Shown piece after piece: positions 28,975 to 37,363 of a DNA stretch of 48,150 bases. The DNA lies in the NCBI GenBank assembly GCA_964195015.1, contig CAXMOQ010000001.1:1-48150 (forward strand), read 5' to 3'. Source of the stretch: an uncultured Flavobacteriaceae bacterium (GTDB taxonomy: Bacteria > Bacteroidota > Bacteroidia > Flavobacteriales > Flavobacteriaceae). Under the pieces are notes generated by a model that saw nothing but the letters and a program-made list of their open reading frames with translations, made no database searches and was not told the origin of the DNA. Every line of letters starts with the position of its first letter. The stretch's first letter is position 1. Both the position numbers and the translations under genes were made by a program.

Positions 28975-29832
28975 CTAAAGCACCATTTTTTCTATTGGAC
29001 AAACCAATATCCCTTGGGCACCTTTTTGCTTTAATTCATCGATAATTTCCCAAAATTCATTCTTATTTAATACCGAATGTACCGAACTCCAACCTTTGTC
29101 TGCCAATGGTAATACTGTTGGGCTTTTCATTCCCGGAATGATATTAATAATATCCTGAAGCTTATCATTTGGCGCATTAAGCAAGATATATTTAGATTGC
29201 CTTCCTTTTAAAACCGATTGAATTCTAAATTGAAGTTTTTCCAGAATCTGCTGGTTGTTTTCACTTATTAATGATGAAGCTGCCAAAACAGCTTCTGATG
29301 TTAATACCACTTCCACTTCCTTTAAATTGTTTTTAAACAAGGTGCTTCCACTTGATACAATATCGCAAATAGCATCTGCCAAACCAATGTTTGGTGCAAT
29401 TTCTACCGAACCATTGATAATATGTAAATCACCAGATATATTATTCTTTGATAAAAATTGATTTAAGGTATTGGGATAGGACGTTGCTATACGTTTTCCA
29501 TCTAAATCCTGAATACCATTATAGTTTGCCGATTTTGGAACTGCAATGGATACTTTACATTTTGAAAAACCTAGCTTTTCAACAATAGTAATATCATTTC
29601 CCTTTTCAATCAAAACGTTCTCACCGATAATAGCGGCATCTACAACACCGTCACGAAGGTATTGCGGAATATCTCCATTCCTTAAATAAAAAACTTCTAA
29701 AGGGAAATTTCGAGCCGAAGCTTTAAGTTGGTCTTTACCATTATCGATTGAAATTCCTATATCTTTTAGGATTTTCATGGAATCGTCGTGCAGACGACCA
29801 GATTTTTGAACTGCAATTTTTAATTTACTCAT
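28975..29832 (-). CDS. hisG: ATP phosphoribosyltransferase (long form)
   Basis: 285 aa. MSKLKIAVQKSGRL N-terminus and a C-terminal regulatory domain. First structural gene of the operon. Confidence 0.95.
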   Translation of the reverse strand: MSKLKIAVQKSGRLHDDSMKILKDIGISIDNGKDQLKASARNFPLEVFYLRNGDIPQYLRDGVVDAAIIGENVLIEKGNDITIVEKLGFSKCKVSIAVPKSANYNGIQDLDGKRIATSYPNTLNQFLSKNNISGDLHIINGSVEIAPNIGLADAICDIVSSGSTLFKNNLKEVEVVLTSEAVLAASSLISENNQQILEKLQFRIQSVLKGRQSKYILLNAPNDKLQDIINIIPGMKSPTVLPLADKGWSSVHSVLNKNEFWEIIDELKQKGAQGILVCPIEKMVL

Positions 29833-29918
29833 CGTAGTGCCTGCACAAGCAGGTATCTTTTAGTTAATATTCGATTTGTGTTTGAGTAAATCTTTTGGGG
29901 AGATTTCCATTTTCATGG

Positions 29919-29951
29919 AAAAACAAAACCCGCTTGATTTGCTCAAACGGG
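29919..29951 (-). terminator. his attenuator terminator
   Basis: Minus-strand RNA CCCGUUUG-AGCAAAU-CAAGCGGG (8 bp with one G-U) followed by UUUUGUUUUU. Lies 33 nt after the leader stop and about 85 nt before the hisG ATG. Confidence 0.7.
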
Positions 29952-29984
29952 TTTAAATATATCTTGATTTTATTCAATACATTT

Positions 29985-30041
29985 TCAGCCTGCTTGAGTG
30001 CAAGTATGAAAATGGCGATGATGTAGTTGAATAAAGTTCAT
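29985..30041 (-). CDS. his operon leader peptide, 18 aa (MNFIQLHHRHFHTCTQAG)
   Basis: ATG AAC TTT ATT CAA CTA CAT CAT CGC CAT TTT CAT ACT TGC ACT CAA GCA GGC TGA. Four His codons fall within six consecutive codons, directly upstream of a terminator and hisG. Confidence 0.65.
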   Translation of the reverse strand: MNFIQLHHRHFHTCTQAG

Positions 30042-30146
30042 TTCTTTTTTTATCTGTACAAAGATTGGGAATAAAAATTTACAATTCCAAATCTTTGGTA
30101 CTTATTTTAAAATTATTGAATAATTCTGATTTTTTAATTCCCCAAA

Positions 30147-30962
30147 TTATTGATTTCCTAAAATAATAGGCATTCCGCTATCTCCAGATCCAATAACAAT
30201 CACTTTGCTATTAGGCGATTCGGCCAATTTAACTGTGGCTTCTATCCCTTTGTCTTGAAGGATCTTATCAGTAAGAGAAGCACTCAAAATACGATTTGCA
30301 TCGGCCTTACCTTGAGCCTCAATAATCACTTTTTCGGCTTCCTTTGCTGCAGTAACCAATCTAAACTCATATTCTAAAGATTCCTGTTCTTGTTTTAATT
30401 TACGTTCAATAGCTTGTTTAATTGTTGGCGGTAAAGTAACATCTCTTATTAATATTTCATTTAATTGAATGTATTGATCTTCAACAATTTTTTTAGTTTC
30501 TTCAAAAATTTCAATTTGAATAACATCTCTCTTACTTGAATATAATTGTTCTGGCGTATAACGACCAACAACGCTACGCGCAGCAGATCGAATGGCTGGT
30601 AACAAAATACGTTCCTTGTATTGTTCACTTTTTTCCTGATGCAATTTTCCTAAACTTGCATAATCTGGTTGAAACCATGCTGATGCATCTAATTTAATAT
30701 CTAATCCGTTAGACGACAATACATCCATTTTTTCAAAAACTTCTTGTTGTCTTACTTCATAAACAAATACTTTATTCCAAGGGGCAACTATGTGAAACCC
30801 TTCATTAAGTGGTGGTTCATCAGTCACTACACCATTATCGAACGTTTTATATAATACGCCCGCTTCTCCCGAACCAATAGTTACGGCAGATTTAGCAATT
30901 AATATTATTAGAACAATTAATACGACTAGTATTGGCAATCCAATTTTTGGTAATTTTTCCAT
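30147..30962 (-). CDS. SPFH/Band 7 (prohibitin-like) membrane protein
   Basis: 271 aa with an N-terminal TM (IGLPILVVLIVLIILIA), an SPFH core and a coiled-coil (QAIERKLKQEQESLEYEFRL). Confidence 0.85.
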   Translation of the reverse strand: MEKLPKIGLPILVVLIVLIILIAKSAVTIGSGEAGVLYKTFDNGVVTDEPPLNEGFHIVAPWNKVFVYEVRQQEVFEKMDVLSSNGLDIKLDASAWFQPDYASLGKLHQEKSEQYKERILLPAIRSAARSVVGRYTPEQLYSSKRDVIQIEIFEETKKIVEDQYIQLNEILIRDVTLPPTIKQAIERKLKQEQESLEYEFRLVTAAKEAEKVIIEAQGKADANRILSASLTDKILQDKGIEATVKLAESPNSKVIVIGSGDSGMPIILGNQ

Positions 30963-30972
30963 TATTTTTTAT

Positions 30973-33003
30973 TTATATAAGTCCGTTATATTTTCTTAAT
31001 AACCATTCTACTGCCAGACTTAATGCAATAAGAATTAGTAAGTATTTCCAATCGATCAAAGGTATTGATTTTTTATTGCTTTTCTGGATTGAAGCGTAAC
31101 GATTATCGTTTAATAATTCGTTTACCAAACCATCGTAGTTTTCAATAAAATAACTTGAGCCTTTACTGTTAGTAGCAATTTGCTGCAGCTTTGTTACATT
31201 GGCATTTAAAAATTGTTGCTCTATGCTATAATCCAGGATTTTAAAATTTCCCGACTTTGAAACATTCTCTTTTGACGCCTTTACGGTAAAGCTATATTCT
31301 GAAGCAGGTAAACTGCTTAAATCGACTTGATAGGAATTATTTTTTAAGACGAATGGAAATACATTTATTTCCTCAGTGATCGTATTTTTGACTGTAATAT
31401 TGAGTGATTCACGATTATCGAACTCATAATTTTTGTTGAAAAATTGGGCTTTAATAATAATGCTGGTGTTTCCATTATAAAAAGATTCATAATCTACATT
31501 TAATCTGTTTCTACGCTTATTTGATGCAAGATACTGCACAAGTTTTCCCATAAAGTTATCAAACTCATTAAATGATTTTACATTTAGATAACTTTGTGCT
31601 CGCCATTGCCATAAATTTTCTCCAAACAAGATAGCTTCTCTCTTACTATTTGTTTCAAACGTTGCCAGCAACGGGTTTTCGGTAGAAATGCTTCCTATTT
31701 TTTTATATAATATGGTTTCAATTGGTGTGGAGAATTTGATATCACCAAAACTGGATTTTAAAGGCGGTAACGATTCAAAATCTAAATCTTCAACGATAAA
31801 CGTTGCATAGTTGGTGTTTAGTTCGGCAAGATAATCTTCGGTTTGATTGGTAAGACTATGTGTGTAATTTTCATTAGCGGTATTAAGAAAACGCCAATCG
31901 GTTTGAGTCCCGGTAATAACAAATCTGTTCTTATTCTTTTCATCCAACACTTCAAATAATTTTTTAAAGTAATCATTTGGCTGGTATAGAATAGTTAGTT
32001 GAAAATCATTAATTTGACTAACGGCATCCAATGGTTTTAAGAACGTAACTTTTCGTTGTTCATTACTTTCAATACTCTTTTTTAACGCACCCAAATCCGG
32101 ATGGGAAAAAGAGCTTACAATCGCAACTTCGGTTTTCTGGTCAATAACTTCTACTGCAAAATTCTTGCTGTTATTAATTATATTTTTTTCACTATTAATG
32201 GGTTGTATTTCAGCTTTATAACTATGCACACCAACACCACTTGCTGGTAAAGTAAAATTTATAACTTTTGAGTTATTCGATTTATTTAAATTAATTTGCT
32301 CTGAATGCACTATGGTATTACCCGAAGTAATTTGAAAGCGTGTTGTTACATTATCATTTCCATTATAAACAACAATAGTCTCAACTGGAAACCTGTTCTT
32401 TAAATATGCGTAACGATTAACATTTAATTGCTGAATTTTTAAGTCGGAATACGTAATGGTGTCTCCTAAAATTATTGAATAGATTGGTTGCTTAAATGTT
32501 GCTGCGGAAAACGTATAGTCATTTCCATAAGTTTGATTCCCATCTGTGATAAGTAAGGTTGGAGAAATAGTGTTTTTATAAATTTGTGATAACTGATGGA
32601 ATGCCTTGTCTATATCTGTTTGTTGTTCGCTAAACGCGATTGAATCTGTAGTATTCAAATCCTTCCCGAATGTATAAATATCAACATTGAATTTGTTATA
32701 AATTGCAGTGTTATTCTTTACGTTTTCAACAAAACTTTTCGCACTATTATCTCTGTCTAAATGCACAATAGAACTTGAATTATCGACAGCAATAACAAGA
32801 TTAGGTTTTTCAATATACAAACTGACTTGTTCGAACTTTGGGTTAACTAAAAGTAGTAGTACAGAAAAAATAGTTATAAATCTTAAACCCGTGAAATAGA
32901 TATTAAGCTTACCTTTTTTTGATTTATATAAATACTGAAAAAGCGCTATTGAAAGCGCTAATATTCCAGAAAGTATGATATATATTATGGTTTCCGTTTG
33001 CAT
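30973..33003 (-). CDS. large membrane-anchored protein with vWA-like MIDAS region, 676 aa
   Basis: Two N-terminal TM helices and one C-terminal TM helix (WKYLLILIALSLAVEWLL). DxSxS-type motif in VIAVDNSSSI and a later LITDGNQTYG. The rest is not recognised. Confidence 0.6.
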   Translation of the reverse strand: MQTETIIYIILSGILALSIALFQYLYKSKKGKLNIYFTGLRFITIFSVLLLLVNPKFEQVSLYIEKPNLVIAVDNSSSIVHLDRDNSAKSFVENVKNNTAIYNKFNVDIYTFGKDLNTTDSIAFSEQQTDIDKAFHQLSQIYKNTISPTLLITDGNQTYGNDYTFSAATFKQPIYSIILGDTITYSDLKIQQLNVNRYAYLKNRFPVETIVVYNGNDNVTTRFQITSGNTIVHSEQINLNKSNNSKVINFTLPASGVGVHSYKAEIQPINSEKNIINNSKNFAVEVIDQKTEVAIVSSFSHPDLGALKKSIESNEQRKVTFLKPLDAVSQINDFQLTILYQPNDYFKKLFEVLDEKNKNRFVITGTQTDWRFLNTANENYTHSLTNQTEDYLAELNTNYATFIVEDLDFESLPPLKSSFGDIKFSTPIETILYKKIGSISTENPLLATFETNSKREAILFGENLWQWRAQSYLNVKSFNEFDNFMGKLVQYLASNKRRNRLNVDYESFYNGNTSIIIKAQFFNKNYEFDNRESLNITVKNTITEEINVFPFVLKNNSYQVDLSSLPASEYSFTVKASKENVSKSGNFKILDYSIEQQFLNANVTKLQQIATNSKGSSYFIENYDGLVNELLNDNRYASIQKSNKKSIPLIDWKYLLILIALSLAVEWLLRKYNGLI

Positions 33004-33010
33004 AGACCAA

Positions 33011-33075
33011 TTTACGATTGACGATTTTTGATTGACGATTTTAAAATTATAAAATCGTAATTCGTAAATCTGAAA
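33011..33075. repeat. TTACGATT-type palindromic repeat (fabG to vWA-gene spacer)
   Basis: TTTACGATTGACGATTTT..TGATTGACGATTTT..AAAATCGTAATTCGTAAATCTGAAA, with imperfect 18-bp inverted arms. Confidence 0.65.
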
Positions 33076-33822
33076 TTATGTAAGCATGCCGCCATCAACA
33101 TTTAATGTTTGTCCGGTCATATAAGCACTCATGTCGCTTGCTAAAAACACACAAACATTCGCAATATCTTCAGGTGTGCCACCACGTTTCAAAGGAATTG
33201 CATCGCGCCATCCTTTAACGGTGTCTTCATCAAGTTTAGCGGTCATTTCGGTTTCAATAAAACCAGGAGCAATCACATTGCTTCTAATATTTCTAGATCC
33301 AAGTTCTAATGCCACCGATTTTGAAAAACCAATAATTCCTGCTTTAGAAGCTGCATAGTTTGTTTGCCCGGCATTTCCTTTTACACCAACTACCGAACTC
33401 ATATTAATAATTGAGCCTTGGCGTTGTTTCATCATTGGGCGAATAACAGCTTTGGTAAGGTTAAACACCGATTTTAGATTTACCTCGATCACTTTATCAA
33501 AATCTTCTTCGCTAATGCGCATTAAAAGATTGTCTTTTGTAATTCCTGCATTATTAATCAATACATCGATGCTACCAAATTCCTTTAATACATCGGCTGC
33601 CAACTGTTGTGCCTGATCAAAATTTGCAGCATTACTCTGATAGCCTTTAGCTTTAACACCTAGATCATTTAGTTCTTTTTCAAGTTCGTTAGCTGCTTCT
33701 ACAGAAGCACTATATGTAAATGCAATATTGGCACCTTGTTCTGCGAAAACTTGTGCAATACCCTTACCAATGCCTCGACTAGCACCAGTAATGATTGCTG
33801 TTTTTCCTTCTAGTAATTTCAT
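33076..33822 (-). CDS. fabG: 3-oxoacyl-[acyl-carrier-protein] reductase
   Basis: 248 aa with TGASRGIG, NNAGI and YAASK. Confidence 0.92.
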   Translation of the reverse strand: MKLLEGKTAIITGASRGIGKGIAQVFAEQGANIAFTYSASVEAANELEKELNDLGVKAKGYQSNAANFDQAQQLAADVLKEFGSIDVLINNAGITKDNLLMRISEEDFDKVIEVNLKSVFNLTKAVIRPMMKQRQGSIINMSSVVGVKGNAGQTNYAASKAGIIGFSKSVALELGSRNIRSNVIAPGFIETEMTAKLDEDTVKGWRDAIPLKRGGTPEDIANVCVFLASDMSAYMTGQTLNVDGGMLT

Positions 33823-33932
33823 TTAAATAATATTTATTACCACGAATGCTCGAATAATATTTAATTACACTCGTCGGTTTAAGTTGGTTATCATTATTCA
33901 ATTCAAATATAACAAATACAAGTTGCACTAAA

Positions 33933-33962
33933 TATAAAAACCTCACAAAATCTTGTGAGGCT
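33933..33962 (-). terminator. intrinsic terminator after sucD
   Basis: CCTCACAA-GATT-TTGTGAGG on the minus strand, followed by TTTTTATATTT. Confidence 0.7.
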
Positions 33963-33993
33963 TTTAACAATATTTAAATGGATATATAAATGT

Positions 33994-34866
33994 TTAGGCC
34001 AAAACTTCGGCTACTTTTTTACCAATCTCTGCCGGAGAATTTACGACGTGAATTCCGCATTCACTCATAATGCGTTTCTTGGCTTGTGCTGTGTCATCAC
34101 TACCACCAACGATCGCTCCTGCATGTCCCATGGTGCGTCCCACAGGTGCAGTTTCTCCAGCTATAAAACCAACAATAGGTTTTTTACTACCACTGTTTTG
34201 GTACCATTTAGCGGCATCGGCTTCTAATTGACCGCCTATTTCGCCAATCATTACCACACACTCTGTTTCTGGATCGTTGATTAAAAGCTCGACGGCTTCC
34301 TTGGTTGTGGTTCCAATAATTGGATCTCCACCAATACCAATGGCAGTCGTTATTCCTAACCCTTGTTTTACAACTTGATCGGCAGCTTCATAAGTTAATG
34401 TTCCTGATTTGGATACAATCCCAACTTTCCCTTTTTTGAAAACAAAACCTGGCATAATACCAACTTTAGCCTCATCTGGAGTAATAACCCCAGGGCAATT
34501 TGGACCAACCAAACGACACGCTTTATCTTTTATATAATCGGCAGCCTTAATCATATCGGCTACTGGAATGCCTTCAGTAATGGTAATAATAACTTTAATG
34601 CCTGCATCGGCAGCTTCCATAATGGCATCGGCCGCAAACGCTGGTGGCACAAAAATAATGGTAGTATCCGCTCCGACTTCCTTAACGGCATCTGCCACAG
34701 TATTGAAAACAGGTTTGTCTAAATGTGTTTGACCTCCTTTACCTGGTGTCACACCGCCAACAACATTGGTTCCATATTCAATCATTTGAGTAGCATGAAA
34801 AGTACCTTCTCCTCCAGTAAAACCTTGCACAATAATTTTTGAATCTTTATTTACTAAAACGCTCAT
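33994..34866 (-). CDS. sucD: succinate--CoA ligase subunit alpha
   Basis: 290 aa with GPNCPG and the phospho-His motif MGHAGAI. Confidence 0.95.
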   Translation of the reverse strand: MSVLVNKDSKIIVQGFTGGEGTFHATQMIEYGTNVVGGVTPGKGGQTHLDKPVFNTVADAVKEVGADTTIIFVPPAFAADAIMEAADAGIKVIITITEGIPVADMIKAADYIKDKACRLVGPNCPGVITPDEAKVGIMPGFVFKKGKVGIVSKSGTLTYEAADQVVKQGLGITTAIGIGGDPIIGTTTKEAVELLINDPETECVVMIGEIGGQLEADAAKWYQNSGSKKPIVGFIAGETAPVGRTMGHAGAIVGGSDDTAQAKKRIMSECGIHVVNSPAEIGKKVAEVLA

Positions 34867-34930
34867 TTGAGTTTATTTAACTTAATTTTTAAAACTAAAC
34901 AAAAGTAATTTTTTGAAATTTATTTTTACG

Positions 34931-35866
34931 CTATTTTTCTTTTAATCTTTCCAATATTTCAGGAATTTTTCTAATAGATGCAATTTCCTTGTATTTGGTT
35001 CTAAAATCATCGGCAGGGATACCAAAATAGCTTTTACCACCTTCCAACGATTTACTAACACCTGCTTTAGCTGAAATTACCGCTTTTTTTCCAATGGTAA
35101 TGCCGCTTGTAATACCAACTTGTCCCCAAATGGTAACTTCGTCTTCAATAATGACACAACCTGCAATGCCTACTTGAGATGCTATTAAACATTTTTTACC
35201 TATTACAGTGTCGTGTCCAACCTGTACCTGATTATCAATTTTTGTGCCTTCACGAATTCTAGTATCTGCCGTTACGCCTCTATCAATAGAGCAAAGTGTA
35301 CCTAAATCGACATTGTCTTCAATAATTACGCGTCCTCCAGATTTCAATTGGTCAAATCCTTCCGGTCTATTCTTATAGTAAAAAGCACTTCCGCCAAGCA
35401 CCGTTCCAGCATGGATTGTTACATTATTACCTATAACTGTATTGTCATAAATACTTACATTAGAATGTATGATGCAATTATCACCAATAACGACGTTATT
35501 TCCAATAAAGCAATTAGGCTGAATAATTGTATTTTTTCCGGTTTTTGACGAAGCTGAAATAGCAGAATTTGAAGCTTGAAACGGTTTAAAATAACTCGTA
35601 AGTTTATTAAAATCCCTAAACGGATCATCGCTAATTAACAATGCTTTTCCTTTAGGACATTCGACTTCTTTATTTATAAGAACAATGGTTGCGGCCGATT
35701 CTAGTGCTTTATCGTAATATTTTGGATGATCAACAAAAACGATATCTCCAGGCTCTACAACATGAATTTCATTCATACCAAGTACAGGAAACGCATCGTT
35801 TCCAACAAATTCACAATTAATGAGTTCTGCAATTTGTTTTAGGGTATGTGGTTTTGAGAATTTCAT
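34931..35866 (-). CDS. lpxD: UDP-3-O-acylglucosamine N-acyltransferase, short paralogue
   Basis: 311 aa. LpxD-type N-terminal domain (TLKQIAELINCEFVG) plus left-handed beta-helix hexapeptide repeats. Confidence 0.85.
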   Translation of the reverse strand: MKFSKPHTLKQIAELINCEFVGNDAFPVLGMNEIHVVEPGDIVFVDHPKYYDKALESAATIVLINKEVECPKGKALLISDDPFRDFNKLTSYFKPFQASNSAISASSKTGKNTIIQPNCFIGNNVVIGDNCIIHSNVSIYDNTVIGNNVTIHAGTVLGGSAFYYKNRPEGFDQLKSGGRVIIEDNVDLGTLCSIDRGVTADTRIREGTKIDNQVQVGHDTVIGKKCLIASQVGIAGCVIIEDEVTIWGQVGITSGITIGKKAVISAKAGVSKSLEGGKSYFGIPADDFRTKYKEIASIRKIPEILERLKEK

Positions 35867-35911
35867 TTAAAAACCGTTTGTCGTTTGTTGTTAAGTTTTT
35901 TTTGGATCTCC

Positions 35912-35941
35912 CTGTGAACAGACAGATTCCTGCCTTCACAG
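35912..35941. repeat. hairpin repeat in the efp-lpxD2 spacer
   Basis: CTGTGAA-N16-TTCACAG containing GATTCCTGCCTTCACAGAAATGAC, a motif type I recall as dispersed in Bacteroidota intergenic DNA. Confidence 0.5.
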
Positions 35942-35954
35942 AAATGACAAAGTA

Positions 35955-36521
35955 TTATTCTTTAACGCGTTCTTTGTATGTTCCTTTTTCTGTTTCAACT
36001 TTAATTTTATCGCCTTCATTTATAAACAATGGAACATTAACTGTTGCTCCAGTCTCGACCGTAGCCGGTTTTGTAGCATTAGTAGCCGTATTGCCTTTAA
36101 TACCAGGCTCGGTTGCTGTTACTTCTAAAATAACACTTGCAGGCATTTCGACTGATAACGGCATGTCATCTTCAGAATTAATAATAATCGTAACCACTTC
36201 GCCCTCCTTCATTAAATCCGGGGTGTCTAGTGCATTTTTTTGTAAAGAAATTTGTGTGTAATCTTCGGTATTCATAAAATGGAACGTATCGCCTTCACTA
36301 TATAAATATTGAAATTTATGCGTTTCCACACGCACATCCTCTAATTTATGCCCTGCGGAAAAGGTGTTGTCAATTACTTTTCCAGAGGTTACACTCTTTA
36401 ATTTAGTTCTTACAAAAGCCGGCCCTTTACCCGGTTTTACATGTAAAAATTCAATAATTTTAAAAATATCGTGATTATATTTTATACATAATCCGTTTCT
36501 AATATCTGATGTACTTGCCAT
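35955..36521 (-). CDS. efp: elongation factor P
   Basis: 188 aa with VKPGKGPAFVRTKLK. Confidence 0.95.
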   Translation of the reverse strand: MASTSDIRNGLCIKYNHDIFKIIEFLHVKPGKGPAFVRTKLKSVTSGKVIDNTFSAGHKLEDVRVETHKFQYLYSEGDTFHFMNTEDYTQISLQKNALDTPDLMKEGEVVTIIINSEDDMPLSVEMPASVILEVTATEPGIKGNTATNATKPATVETGATVNVPLFINEGDKIKVETEKGTYKERVKE

Positions 36522-36576
36522 AATATTGTGCCTGATGTTTAGTTGTTTGTTGTTTAGCTGTCTAAACGTTATTAAT

Positions 36577-37362
36577 TTAATTAGACTTAAAGTAGCCTTT
36601 CATGATACCACGATGTGAATTCTTAATAAATTGAAGGATTTCATCGCGTTCTGGAGTTGCCTCCATTTCTGCTTCAATAAGTTCTGAAGCTTGGGTGTTA
36701 TTATAATTTTTTTGATAAAGCAGCCTGTAAATATTTTGTATTTCTCTGATTTTATCGGCCGAAAAATTCCTTCTGCGTAATCCGACAGAATTAATTCCGA
36801 CATACGATAATGGTTCTCGTCCAGCTTTTACATAAGGTGGCACATCTTTTCTTACTAAAGAACCTCCAGTTACGAAAGCATGGTTACCCACAGAACAAAA
36901 TTGGTGTACAGCTGTCATGCCGGCAAGAATAACATAATCTCCAATAGTGATATGGCCTGCAAGTGTACTGTTGTTTGAGAAAATACAATTATTCCCAACA
37001 ATGCAATCGTGGGCAATATGGCAATACGCCATAATGAGGCAATTATCACCAATAACGGTTTTCATTCTATCCCTTGTTCCTCTGTTTATGGTGACACATT
37101 CTCTTATAGTAACATTATTTCCAATTTCGACAGTAGTATCCTCATCGTTATATTTTAGATCCTGTGGCACGGCAGAAATTACCGAACCTGGAAAGATATT
37201 GCAATTCTTTCCTATGCGAGCGCCTTCCATGATAGTAACATTACTTCCTATCCAGGTACCATCACCTATAATAACATTATTATGTATGGTTGTGAACGGC
37301 TCTATAACAACGTTCTTGGCAATTTTAGCACCAGGATGCACATATGCAAGTGGTTGGTTCAT
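36577..37362 (-). CDS. lpxA: acyl-ACP--UDP-N-acetylglucosamine O-acyltransferase
   Basis: 261 aa with hexapeptide repeats and an LpxA-type helical C-terminus. Confidence 0.92.
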   Translation of the reverse strand: MNQPLAYVHPGAKIAKNVVIEPFTTIHNNVIIGDGTWIGSNVTIMEGARIGKNCNIFPGSVISAVPQDLKYNDEDTTVEIGNNVTIRECVTINRGTRDRMKTVIGDNCLIMAYCHIAHDCIVGNNCIFSNNSTLAGHITIGDYVILAGMTAVHQFCSVGNHAFVTGGSLVRKDVPPYVKAGREPLSYVGINSVGLRRRNFSADKIREIQNIYRLLYQKNYNNTQASELIEAEMEATPERDEILQFIKNSHRGIMKGYFKSN

Positions 37363-37363
37363 A

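Noticed and set aside
33779-34227. ORFs 33779-33970 (minus) and 33955-34227 (plus) around the fabG-sucD spacer
   Set aside because: They overlap the fabG 5' end and the sucD 3' end and span the sucD terminator hairpin. Nothing supports coding.
35912-35941. Hairpin after efp as an intrinsic terminator for the lpx-efp run
   Set aside because: On the transcribed (minus) strand the stem is followed by GGAGATCCAAAAAAAA, not a U-tract. It is better explained as a dispersed palindromic repeat.
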